Source of the DNA: Epithemia pelagica
Taxonomy: Eukaryota; Protista; Bacillariophyta
Direction of reading: 5' to 3'
Assembly: GCA_946965045.2 (NCBI GenBank)
Contig: OX337233.1
Coordinates: 1,674,001-1,738,000 of the forward strand
Length of the DNA stretch: 64,000 nt
Made by a program: the position numbers and the translations under genes. How positions within the stretch are numbered: the stretch's first letter is position 1; each line of letters begins with the position of its first letter. Below, one piece after another: positions 34,301 to 44,845 of this stretch. Under the pieces are notes generated by a model. The model was not told the origin of the DNA. It worked only from the letters and a program-made list of their open reading frames with translations, and ran no database searches.

Positions 34301-35929
34301 GTACTTTTGTGCCAGGGTCATCCTCTGGTCCATTGTTCCTGAAAGAAGAGAAAAACAACAACAGAAGAAAGACATTAGGGACTGGTAAGTTCTTGGAATT
34401 GTTTTAGGGTAAACCAGAAGTTTCTAAAGACTTAATTGAGTAAGATGAGCAGAGACTAATTCAGTGAAATGTATCTTGACACACCATTTGTAACTACACA
34501 ATCCTACTGGCAGACATTGTGGCATTAAGGATAAAACGCAAAACTGAAAAATCACTTTGGTTGGCTTCATGGTTGGCTGCATCTCAATTCCTCAATCACA
34601 GTGGAACATTTCTTGACTACACTGCTTTGTATAGACTCCTTGTCTCCATGAAACCAGGCAATTAGCCTACACATTAGGCCCCATTTATTGAGGAAACATA
34701 CATGTCGTGGAGAACAATCCTCGTGATAATCCTGGGAAGCAAGAACAGGCGTAATCTTCCGAGTTACCAAACAAGACAAGCCACAGACACGGAAAACCAA
34801 TAGCTTCATACCACAACAAGACCATATAAAATACCAACAACATGAAGATGTGGCAATGTTATAGTACATTATAGTATTAAGTCAAAGCCTTAGTGAGCAT
34901 TCACCCATACAAACATGCTTCGTTGAATTTGAGAACAACTAGAATTCTAATAACAAAGGCATGATAGGCTTTGACAATCTGCCATCAGCAGCAAATTGTT
35001 CTAGTGGCGGGTAGTATGAGTGACATGGTCGGTCATGTTCACGGAACAGTCGGTAGACTGTGGAATCATGCCTGGTTGATGGCAGCGTGAATAGAGGATA
35101 GTCTTGTCAGTGCCTGAGTCGAACAGAGAATAGCCTGGAAATAGAATAAGCCATAGTAAGAAGCTATAATCATAATAAGCTCGGATATTTGTATCGCTTC
35201 TGTGCCGATCATGTACGGCATCGTGATCGGCACAGCGCCAGTCAATTTGCAACAACACCAATGTGACGAGCCATAACGATGGTGAGTGTACAATCGGGCC
35301 TAAAAAGCAGCATCTAAGGAAGGGATATCAATAAATGAAGGAAATGTTCCAGTGTTGAGAAAATCTGTTTTGATTATGATGGTCAAATATAAAGGTTTAA
35401 TAGCCTATGATGTGTGGGAAAACAACAATAGCATCGGTGAGTGGCACTTTCTTGGCCGAATCGTCCTCGTTGCTTCGAGCTTTGGCATCCGTTGGTGCAT
35501 AATTTTTACCCAGATTGTTGGATGGAGTGAAAGAGGTGGAAGACATGCTGCTGGCGCTGGTGTTGTCATCTGTGTGGATGCAGGTGTACACTGGTGATGG
35601 CTGACGGAGGATGAGGTGTCCATTGACTGGATCCCATAGTATGGCATCATCGGGCCAGGTGGATCCTATTATCAAATAAATATATTTCATATTTTTGAAT
35701 TTATTGTCTTTTTTCTGTAGTCCTAGATATCTCATTTCTATTTCTTGTATCTGTCATATTGTCCTCAAGAAAAAATATGTCGTCATGTCGATATTGCACC
35801 CTAAATGATGAATAATGACTTTTTGAGGCCCAAGCAGAGAATGACTTGTCGAGGTCCAAGTGGAGTTCGAGACCCAAGGACTACAATGAATGAAGAGGAA
35901 AGCTCCAATACACCCTTGATTTCAGAGGT

Positions 35930-36460
35930 CAACATTGCAGACTTCTGCAAATGGAACGTGAAGAAAAATGAGGATGGGTTGCAAGACTGATAAGATCAAG
36001 AACAAGAATGGTTATCAAAATCTCATGAGTCATTGTGCCAAAAAAGTTGCTACGCAATCAAGGTGGCAAGTCAATCAAATCAAGTGGAGATCCGGAAAGG
36101 GATGCATGCTGCATGGAAAGCTTACCATGAAGCAGCCCAACAATCATCCGTAGCAGCAGTTTTCACTCCGAAGATCTCAAAGAAAGCCAAAACTATTCTT
36201 GGGTGGATTGAGATGGTGATCGTGGCCAACAATGCACGGAACGTTGTTGAGAATGAAATTTAGAGAAAATATTTGAACCTTGACCAGATTGATCACAGAA
36301 CACTTTGCAAGTACATCATCATGCTTGCTAACATTGTCGGGCTGAAGGTGAAGAACATAATTGGAAAGAGAGACTGTATTGCTGATGGGTGGAGCCAAAC
36401 AGGCGTCCACTACATTGCCGTGTACCACTGTTGGATGAAATGGACCTGGGCAGTGGGTCA
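35930..36460 (+). pseudogene. hAT-like transposase relic (N-terminal part to first catalytic Asp)
   Basis: GYQNLMSH...GWIEMVIVANNARNVVENEI*RKYLNLDQIDHRTLCKYI...ADGWSQTGVHYIAVY, with stops and frameshifts. Confidence 0.6.
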
Positions 36461-36539
36461 CTGGCGGAGTTCATCATGGCAACACATTCTATGTACGAAA
36501 AAGACAACAGTGCCGATGAGCCAGATGACTTGGTTCTTG

Positions 36540-36690
36540 TGGTCCGGAATCATGGGTTCAATGAAGTCTTTAGGGCAGCATGAGATTGAAATGGAGGCTC
36601 TGGAGTCCCAGATGATAGAATAGAAGGCATTGGGTGGCATGGCATTGTGAAGTTTGATAGGTTGAGATGTCTCCATATTCTCCATATGCA
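36540..36690 (-). pseudogene. Copia aspartic protease fragment
   Basis: SIIWDSRASISISCCPKDF, a degenerate IIWDSGAS motif. Confidence 0.5.
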
Positions 36691-36694
36691 ATGG

Positions 36695-37114
36695 TCATGT
36701 ATGGTCTTGGTCTGTCTTGGTCTGGACGAGGGATGGATCCGTGATCCCATTCATGAAATCAGTTACCTTTTTCGTTTCGGCAGCAGTTTCGCCCAGTTCT
36801 TCCAGGGTGTTGTGTGCACGTTGAGGACGGTGGATGTATTGCTGCAACGTGTAGCGTCCACGGCCATTGAACTTGACAGTTAAAATCTGGGCATACGCTT
36901 GCTTCTTGCATAGGATACTAGCAGCCTGCCCAGTTGCCTGCCGTTTCACTGTGAGGTAAACTTCATGTCCATCCTTGGACTTCTGATGGGCCTTTGTGAA
37001 GGTCCAAGCTGGTCCATCAAAGATGATGGGACAGTACAGTTTATAGACATGGCGTTGAGCGGCCTTGTACTTGTGCCCCTCATGCTTCGTTGTAGCCCTT
37101 CTTATTGACCTCAA
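36695..37114 (-). pseudogene. gag: CoDi-type gag fragment
   Basis: GPAWTFTK...KDG...LTVKRQATG...AYAQI...HNTLEELGE...ETKKVTDFMNGITDP matches the diatom copia gag pattern. Confidence 0.7.
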
Positions 37115-39039
37115 AGTACAAGGCTTTGGCTATCTGGTCGGCGGGGACAACACAAAGAGTGTACTGGTGATTGATCTTGTTTCTTCAGTGAAGGTGAAGG
37201 AGGAACCTCAAGCTTCGGTGGTTAAGAGCAGGCAGCCAAAAATTCATCGGCAGCAAAGGAACACCACAAGAACAAGATTTTGTCTGCAAGTCGGGGAGTT
37301 GGTGCTGGGCGGCAGCTTGGTGTTGGTAACTTGTGTTGTTGTTTCGTGAATCAATAAAGAGAGTGTATTCTGGGAAAAAACAAACATCCATCCAATAGTC
37401 TTTGATCACTGACTGATACCCTGTCCGCAGCTAGTTGGATTTGGCGTTGTACATTTTGTCTCTGCACATCTGTCTGTTTCATTAGATTCCTTGTAAGTCT
37501 GTGTTCACAGCAGGATGCAAGAAAAGTGGAGGCTGCTTCAAGTGTTTTGGTTTCAATGAACTGAGCAGAACTCCGAAGCTATTCGTCCTCCTGGATCCCT
37601 TTCTTTTGGCAGAGGTCCACAATTTCAGACTCACATCTGAAAGCCTTGATCTTGATTCCAAAGCTGAAACCAGTTGGTACAACAAGTCTCATGAAGCAGC
37701 TCGACCAGTTGGCGGGCAATGGAAATCTTGTTGACCGAGCAAAGCTGCAACATTTTGTCGTGGAACACATCAAGGGAGTCATCAGTCTGCAGGGTGCCCT
37801 TGTGCAAAAGGAATACAACACAAAGGGCAAGCCTGTGACGACAACAATCAAACACGTTAATGGATTTTGCCATATTAGTGATTTTGCTTCTCTCCATTAC
37901 GAGCAGATCGACTCCCAATTTTGTGTGGAAAGGTGTGGAATGCCCCACACTTAAAAGCGCCGGCCAATTTTGTCATATTTTCAGACTTTTTCACGAGAAT
38001 GGTGTAAACCACCTTGGAAGCCCTTAGTTTTTCTACTGAGCACCAATGCTTTTGATGCAACTATCCAGGACCCTTCCTTATTATCATTTTTAGTGCACTG
38101 AATAGTTACATCAGAGCCAGCATGTGTTGGTGCACCTTTTAAACTGCCGTCATTCAGAGCCACCAGGCGCTTAGGGTTAGGGATATTATATGCATGCTGT
38201 ACGCTAATTAACAAATAAGGCCGGCCGAATGAGTCAAAAACTTGGGAGTTGAGCTGCTCATAATGCAGATGATGAAGACGCAAAAGAAGACAAAAAACAA
38301 AATGCAATTTCTATATGGAAATGGAAGACCTTAAATCACAAAAGAAGAAGTATGGGAACAGCAATGTCCAGCAAATCTTTCATGACAACCAGTCTCTGGC
38401 TAACTGGTGAGTCTCAACCAATTATTTTATCAGTCATGCCATATACTCATGCAAATCATGAACTGTTGTTAGGGTTGCACACATGAGGTGGGGAAAGAGG
38501 AAGTTGGATAAGGAAAACATTGGTGTGATCACCAAGCAACTGTACCAGACTTTGGATAAGTGTGGTTTTTGACACATGTGATGGCAGATGTGATGGCTTT
38601 GATTGTGCATGTAGTGTCAGTTCATCTGGCAGAACAGTGTTCAATGACAATATGAGCAGGTTTCTCAATGTTCCATTAACTTTTCCACAGAAAGTTGCTG
38701 GTATGAAATTAGTTCAAAATCAGCTGGTTGGGTATAGGTTTTATATATCTCCATGGACTGCATTTCTAGATGTTTGCCACATCATTTTACACCTCCACTT
38801 CATTGTGTTAGGTTGAACATGAGTGTTGTAAGCAAGAGCAAGATAATATACAGGAGGATCACAGAAAACCATATTTTCTAGAAAAAGCCATAGTTAGTCT
38901 CACTCAGACTTAAGTAGTCTGAGGCAACAAGCTGACTTAAATAGGAGAAGAAATTTTAGGAGTCACATATTACGCAAATAGTTAAGAAAAACTATGTCTT
39001 CTAGGACTTTCTAACGTGATAGTTCGTTCACATGAAATT

Positions 39040-39180
39040 TTGCTCGTTATACTCTACCTGAAAAAGAGATTCATCATACATGATAGCTACCTGCACAATA
39101 ATGGCCAAGACTGTGCTTTGACAAAGGGTGCCTGAACCTCTGATGTAAGACCTGAAAGCATCTGAATCTCTTGTTGACAG
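39040..39180 (-). pseudogene. C-terminal half of an older PHIS/DDE_Tnp_4-type transposase relic split by the 39181-44845 element
   Basis: Reads (ET)VNKRFRCFQVLHQRFRHPLSKH...ESLFQVEY and is contiguous with 44846-45370 once the insertion is removed. Confidence 0.8.
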
Positions 39181-39910
39181 GAACATGCGAAACTATGTCG
39201 GCTATGACCTCACGCGCCCTATGCTAGCAGACAAGGCAGCATTTTAGCTTAGTACTAGCTAAACAGTTCTAGTTCTTGTCGTTTTGGCGATTGTCTCTTG
39301 TTCAAAAACTGGGGCAATAAAAACGGTGCTCACCGTATTAAGCCTCATGAATCAAACGGTCACACACATGATGAAATTTTTGTCTTGTCATGTCTTACTT
39401 ATCAATCATTTGCTAAGCCTGACGAATAATGTAGTCTACACTACATATCTTCTTAGTCTTTTGAGCCATCGGTAAATAAGCTCAACGGCAAGGACTTTCT
39501 GCTCACCACGATAGGCTATAATATTCTTGAATAGCCCAGTTCTCATCATTTGGTCTATTTACAGTACCTCCAGTACCTCTCTAGTACAACAGTACTGCAG
39601 AAAGCACGAGTCGTGCTTCTATTTTGTCGTGGTGCTCCCACGGGATGGTTCTCGCCGACCTCATAAAATGAAGCGGACAAGACGACAAGCGGACAAGATG
39701 AAGCGGACAAGACGACAAGCGGACAAGATGAAGCGGACAAGACGACAAGCGGACAAGATGAAGCGGACAAGACGACAAGCGGACAAGAAGACAAGCGGAC
39801 AAGAAGACAAGACGACAAGCGGACAAGACGACAAGCGGACAAGACGACAAGCGGACAAGACGACAATCAAACAAAAAAACGCAACAAGTTCCACTACGAA
39901 GTTAAGCTAC
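39181..39910 (+). repeat. Left TIR (730 bp) with internal minisatellite at 39668-39866
   Basis: Reverse complement of 44117-44845 with only a few substitutions outside the minisatellite. Confidence 0.95.
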
Positions 39911-39921
39911 AAACAACGTGG

Positions 39922-40506
39922 CTACTCCTCATCCTCTTCCTTTTTCATCTTGAGCGCCTGGGCCTTTTTTGCCTCGCGCTTAAGCTCGATAAGACGATTG
40001 AACTTCTGGCGGTTGATCTCTTGTCCAATGTGTTCTCGGAAGACTTTGAGTGAGAACTTCGCGTACTCCGGACGCGACAAGTACAAGTAGCCGGAAGGCA
40101 TGCGGTCGTGAACACCTTCAGAAATGTCATGACGAAGAAGCAGCTGTGCGGCAGAACCATTCCAAAGAGGGCGGCCATTTCCATCAACTGTTTCTTGGGG
40201 ATGGAGGCGCATGTCGTGCTTGAACGCTTCTTCTTCAATCTTCGATGCTTGTTTCTTGACGGCGACTTGTTTCTGATGATCCTTGAAACGAGCAATGAAC
40301 TGTTCCTTTGTGACCTTCTCCGCCACCACGATCGGGTGGTTACAATACATGTCCCAAATTTTGGATTCCGTCGTCTGGGAGTTGTTCAGAGGGACAATGC
40401 CATTTTCAAGGTCGGACAGCACAAGCTTTCGAGTAGCGCATTTGCGCCAATTGATCCATTCAGCTTTCCGAGAGGGTGCCATTGTAGTAGATATAACGAA
40501 TAGCAC
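39922..40506 (-). CDS. Transposon ORF A, 194 aa (probable start 40482, MAPSRK); two W...L..D...G helical repeats, possible DNA-binding partner
   Basis: Intact ORF with an internal repeat (WRKCATRKLVLSDLENG / WNGSAAQLLLRHDISEG) and a basic-acidic tail. Confidence 0.8.
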   Translation of the reverse strand: MLFVISTTMAPSRKAEWINWRKCATRKLVLSDLENGIVPLNNSQTTESKIWDMYCNHPIVVAEKVTKEQFIARFKDHQKQVAVKKQASKIEEEAFKHDMRLHPQETVDGNGRPLWNGSAAQLLLRHDISEGVHDRMPSGYLYLSRPEYAKFSLKVFREHIGQEINRQKFNRLIELKREAKKAQALKMKKEEDEE

Positions 40507-40893
40507 GATTCAAGTTATCTTAGAAATGAGTGCGTTTGATTGTTTGGTATCTTGGAACGGTTCGTGTTTCTCGCTGGTGAAGTCGCGGTAACAGGACCGT
40601 AACGGGAAGGTTCCATTGGAGAAGATGTCGTGATCAGTCTTTTTGGAACGGTTCGTGTTTCTCGCTGGTGAAGTCGCAGCAACAGCGAAGTTATCTTTTA
40701 ACAAACGAATGCGTTTGATTGTTGTCTTCTTGGAACGGTTCGTGCTTCACGTTGGTGGAGTCGGCGCAACAGGACTGTGGCGGGAAGGTATGCTATATGG
40801 AGGGAGGCGCCAAACTGCGCGCCAATGAGTCTATCACGCAAATGGATCTGTCCCATGGGACCCGAATAAGATCAACGTAGGAATGATCATAAG

Positions 40894-42378
40894 ATGTCTA
40901 TTTTTACGCGTCTAGGATTAGTTTGTCGTTGGAAACGAGGCAAAGAGAGCTCACAACCTCTCATAATGCCGTTTCCTTCGTCTCTTTCCGACGCAGAAGT
41001 GATCTCTCTGCTCTCTGACATTGAGGCCATCGACAAGCCTCGCAACACAGTTGTCTTCAGTGATATTGTTGGGTCAACTTCGAATCGAGGCAACAAGTAC
41101 CGTGGCGACTCGTTTCGACAAGTCCAGAAGCGTTGCTCAGCGCTCACCAAGCTCGATATTGACAAGTACGTCAAGTACCTCGAGCACTACGGCGTGAAAC
41201 CGAGCAAACGCACTCTTGCCGAGCAGAACGGCGGCCAACCACTCGCCCCTGAACAAGAAGTCTTTGCTTCCGACGAGATTTTTGCTGCGTTGGACGACGA
41301 GGACGACAAATTCGACTCTGTTGAAGCTGACGACCAAGACATCGACGATTTCGCGTTGATTGGTGGGTTGGAGAATTTGTCTGTTGGTACATCCACATCC
41401 AAAGTTCAAGGAAAGAAGCACGGCAAAGAAGAAGGACAAGTGACCATCCACCTTCCACCAAGCAAGAAGACACAGTTTCGGAGCCCGAGCCCAGCTACAC
41501 CGCTCACACCACCTCGAGCAGTTGCATCAGCCGCCAGACCCACTGCGTCCAGACGCACAGAGTTGCCATCCTTTGCAACTCCTCCACGCAGCCTGTTTCG
41601 ACAACAAGCACAGACGCCACTCGCTTTCAGCCCCGCCCCGCCGACCTTTGTTCTACCGGAGTCCCAGACCACTCCAATCTTTTCGCCGACGACGGACCAG
41701 CAAAGAATGTCGTCGCACACCACCAACAGCAGCAGTTTGGCGCCGACGGATGCATCCACTGCTAACCACGCGCCATCCGGATCCCTCCATAATCCCATCA
41801 TCATCAACATCGACTTCGACTACCCGGATTCGACGGAGGTGATGGTCTTCAAAGTGCCTGGCGTCGTCTACCACAAGCACCAACGCGTTGTTTATATTAT
41901 CCGCATGAAGGTCGAGCCGCTCAATGTGGATGGGTACAAGGCTTCGATTGCCACCGGGTACCCAGGGCTCGAGAATCGAGCCATCTTGATCGAGGGGCCC
42001 TGGCGCGACGCCATGAATGACGACGTCGCCCAGTTTCTCACTCGCTTCCGCGACAACGCCTTCACTGGGGAGAACGCGAAGAATGTCCTCAACAGCTTGG
42101 GTCGCACCTGCATGATCAGCAGGGAGAACAAAGCCTGTCACACAAAGCATTGGTTGGTCATTTTCCCCGAGGGTGTCGTCTTGGATAACTCAGTTATCCA
42201 CCCTGGGGATGACCGGAAGATGACTACACAGACTGCTCCGATGAAGTTGATGAGCGGATCTGCATCTTTCTTCTCACTTTTTGTGTACTGGCTGGTCGCG
42301 GACAACTGGTCGGCGCCTGTTGGAAATGGTGGTGAAGACACTGTGACTGATGTCAACAGTATGTTTGCTGCACTCTGA
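40894..42378 (+). CDS. Transposon ORF B, up to 494 aa (probable start 40966, MPFPSS); unknown function
   Basis: Long intact ORF: helical N-terminal domain, acidic and P/S/T-rich linker, structured-looking C-terminal domain. Confidence 0.85.
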   Translation: MSIFTRLGLVCRWKRGKESSQPLIMPFPSSLSDAEVISLLSDIEAIDKPRNTVVFSDIVGSTSNRGNKYRGDSFRQVQKRCSALTKLDIDKYVKYLEHYGVKPSKRTLAEQNGGQPLAPEQEVFASDEIFAALDDEDDKFDSVEADDQDIDDFALIGGLENLSVGTSTSKVQGKKHGKEEGQVTIHLPPSKKTQFRSPSPATPLTPPRAVASAARPTASRRTELPSFATPPRSLFRQQAQTPLAFSPAPPTFVLPESQTTPIFSPTTDQQRMSSHTTNSSSLAPTDASTANHAPSGSLHNPIIINIDFDYPDSTEVMVFKVPGVVYHKHQRVVYIIRMKVEPLNVDGYKASIATGYPGLENRAILIEGPWRDAMNDDVAQFLTRFRDNAFTGENAKNVLNSLGRTCMISRENKACHTKHWLVIFPEGVVLDNSVIHPGDDRKMTTQTAPMKLMSGSASFFSLFVYWLVADNWSAPVGNGGEDTVTDVNSMFAAL

Positions 42379-42503
42379 TGATGATGCACGACGAATACCA
42401 TCTGTTTCTCTACTATGTCTCTTGGAAGTGTAGAGAATGTCTCTAGTCTTAATCGATAACTATTAGGAGATTACGTTACGTTCGATTCAACTACGTGTAC
42501 TTC

Positions 42504-43463
42504 CTAGATGACAAAAAGTGGAGCTCCATTACAAATTTGGTACTGGACAATGACGCAGACCGCTTGGAATGCCGATTGATGCTTCCGAATATCATGACGG
42601 TAGGTATCAGAAAGCACTCGGAAGTTCTTGATCCGACTGTTGAAAGTCTCGTGCCGTGCTCGGCATCGAGACTTGAAGCTGCGCAGCTCATTGCTGTCCG
42701 TTGAGACCGGGATGGCAAGCTTGAACATTTCGTCTGGCTTCGAGGTGCGGTATCCTCTGTCGGCAATTGCCATTTTGCCGTCAGCCAGCTTCTGCTTCAG
42801 TCCGTTGCGAAAAATTGTTAGGTCGTGCACGCCTGCTTTGAATGGCCCGTTCATCCAAACAAGATCTCCGCCAAAGATGCTCACCCCGAGTTCATATTTT
42901 ACTCCAGCATGGTTGAACTTCTTCGAGAAATACTTCCGGTCATGAGGGAGTGTCGGGTGCTTCTGTTCCCACACTTTCATGTCGACACCATCAACTGACA
43001 CAACAAACACCTCAGAATCTGGGTCATCAAGTGCATCGGGCCAACGAATGACCTTTGCTTTTAGGCCTTGGATGCGCCTCACCCACAACCAAATCGCCTC
43101 ACCCCTTGAGTACACAATGTTCTGCTTGAACAGTGTGGCGATGGCTTGAGCATTCCTTGGGTAAACAAACAAAAAATGTAGAGCTACTAGAAATCTTTTT
43201 GCTCCCTTGTGGTTCTTCTCATCATCATTGAGCTTCGACTCCGGAATTTCGGTTGTTGTTAGGTCGTACCACATATCGGCTACGGCCAACTGTGATGACC
43301 CATAGTGACCATGGAAGATACCCTCCTGGCGTTGAGGAGACATCTTCAGGATGGCATTAAGGGAGAAGCCAACCAGGAAGATGCCGTATTGCATCATTTC
43401 ATTAGGTGTTATTAGTTGCATGACTGTTTTTTTTATGTCGCTCATACTCCTATGCAATTCCAC
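42504..43463 (-). CDS. DDE transposase, DDE_Tnp_4 / PHIS type, 319 aa
   Basis: SVDGVD...SKKFNHAGVKYELGVSI...VWMNGPF...D...ADRGY...RARHETFNSRIKNFRVL...YRH; the D-D-E triad is intact. Confidence 0.9.
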   Translation of the reverse strand: MELHRSMSDIKKTVMQLITPNEMMQYGIFLVGFSLNAILKMSPQRQEGIFHGHYGSSQLAVADMWYDLTTTEIPESKLNDDEKNHKGAKRFLVALHFLFVYPRNAQAIATLFKQNIVYSRGEAIWLWVRRIQGLKAKVIRWPDALDDPDSEVFVVSVDGVDMKVWEQKHPTLPHDRKYFSKKFNHAGVKYELGVSIFGGDLVWMNGPFKAGVHDLTIFRNGLKQKLADGKMAIADRGYRTSKPDEMFKLAIPVSTDSNELRSFKSRCRARHETFNSRIKNFRVLSDTYRHDIRKHQSAFQAVCVIVQYQICNGAPLFVI

Positions 43464-43664
43464 TTTCCATTAATTCTACTTTGTTTTGTTCGCTATAACA
43501 GTTGGCTTTACTGGCAATTCTTCTACAATTTTGAGTACATAGAGTCGTCCCGCGGGTGTTATCTTCGAGCAAGAAACCAAAGAGGGTCAACTTCACTGCC
43601 ACATTTTGATTCTTCTTTCTTTTTTGTAGGGCTCGAGTAGACGTTTGATTGTTGAGAAGAAAAT

Positions 43665-44078
43665 ATGGACACTGTTGTCTACGGAGACGCCATCAAGTTT
43701 GTTGGAGGCACGTATGTTGGACATGATGGGTGGATGGATCCAAAGCGCTCGGCTACCAAGATGAAGTTCCCTGTGATTGTGAGTTTGGGTGAGGGTGCAA
43801 CAAAGACGACAATGGTCCTCAAGGAGAATGTCGAGCTTGTCCGCGACATTCAACCACCCAGGTGCCTTGAGGAGGCTGTGCTTCAGCAGCATTTGCTGCT
43901 CAACAAGGCGATGAATGCTCTTGTGAAGCAATTTGCCCAGTGTGGATTGGAGAGCCCCAACACGATGGCCGCAATCTTTAAGGTCCGGCTCCAGAGAGCC
44001 ATCGACAAGCAGCGCATTTTAGGACCGAAAGCTTGGCTGCGTCCAGTTGTCTATGATCCCGAGAACATCTCCTCTTGA
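43665..44078 (+). CDS. Transposon ORF D, 137 aa; KOW/SH3-like N-terminus plus helical C-terminus
   Basis: YGDAIKFVGGTYVGHDGW resembles the KOW pattern GDxVxVxxGxxxGxxG. The ORF is intact and ends 38 bp before the TIR. Confidence 0.75.
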   Translation: MDTVVYGDAIKFVGGTYVGHDGWMDPKRSATKMKFPVIVSLGEGATKTTMVLKENVELVRDIQPPRCLEEAVLQQHLLLNKAMNALVKQFAQCGLESPNTMAAIFKVRLQRAIDKQRILGPKAWLRPVVYDPENISS

Positions 44079-44116
44079 GAAGTAGCCTTGCCTCCGGTAG
44101 TTGCCCGTAGTTTGCC

Positions 44117-44845
44117 GTAGCTTAACTTCGTAGTAGAACTTGTTGCGTTTGGTTTGTTTGTCGTTGATTGTCGTCTTGTCCGCTTGTCGTCTTGTCGTCT
44201 TGTCCGCTTGTCGTCTTGTCCGCTTGTCTTCTTGTCTTCTTGTCTTCTTGTCTTCTTGTCCGCTTCATCTTGTCCGCTTGTCGTCTTGTCCGCTTCATCT
44301 TGTCCGCTTGTTGTCTTGTCCGCTTCATCTTGTCCGCTTGTCGTCTTGTCCGCTTCATTTTATGAGGTCGGCGAGAACCATCCCGTGGGAGCACCACGAC
44401 AAAATAGAAGCACGACTCGTGCTTTCTGCAGTACTGTTGTACTAGAGAGGTACTGGAGGTACTGTAAATAGACCAAATGATGAGAACTGGGCTATTCAAG
44501 AATATTATAGCCTATCGTGGTGAGCAGAAAGTCCTTGCCGTTGAGCTTATTTACCGATGGCTCAAAAGACTAAGAAGATATGTAGTGTAGACTACATTAT
44601 TCGTCAGGCTTAGCAAATGATTGATAAGTAAGACATGACAAGACAAAAATTTCATCATGTGTGTGACCGTTTGATTCATGAGGCTTAATACGGTGAGCAC
44701 CGTTTTTATTGCCCCAGTTTTTGAACAAGAGACAATCGCCAAAACGACAAGGACTAGAACTGTTTAGCTAGTACTAAGCTAAAATGCTGCCTTGTCTGCT
44801 AGCATAGGGCGCGTGAGGTCATAGCCGACATAGTTTCGCGTGTTC
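44117..44845 (-). repeat. Right TIR (729 bp) with a rearranged minisatellite (~44170-44358)
   Basis: Reverse complement of 39181-39910. Confidence 0.95.

Larger units (their letters stand above)
39181..44845. mobile_element. Four-ORF PHIS-superfamily (PIF/Harbinger-ISL2EU-related) DNA transposon, 5665 bp, long TIRs, CAG TSD
   Basis: ~730-bp inverted repeats at both ends; CAG at 39178-39180 and 44846-44848; the empty site restores an ORF; internal DDE transposase. Confidence 0.92.

Noticed and set aside
31437-35800. Many short ORFs (e.g. 32289-32675 Cys-rich, 33110-33544, 35001-35261) as possible host genes
   Set aside because: No recognisable domain or consistent exon chain; I cannot support a call without a search.
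37892-38268. 27-bp inverted similarity (23/27) at 37892-37918 and 38242-38268, both encoding LHYEQ(I/L)(D/N)SQ
   Set aside because: The differences look codon-like, so these are two old paralogous coding relics in opposite orientation, not a hairpin or TIR pair.
39668-39866. Regularly spaced repeats considered as a CRISPR array
   Set aside because: No unique spacers, eukaryotic context and no cas genes.
39527-40090. ORFs spanning the minisatellite (KMKRTRRQAD repeats; also 44122-44499)
   Set aside because: By-products of a stop-free tandem repeat inside the TIRs; the frames differ between arms.
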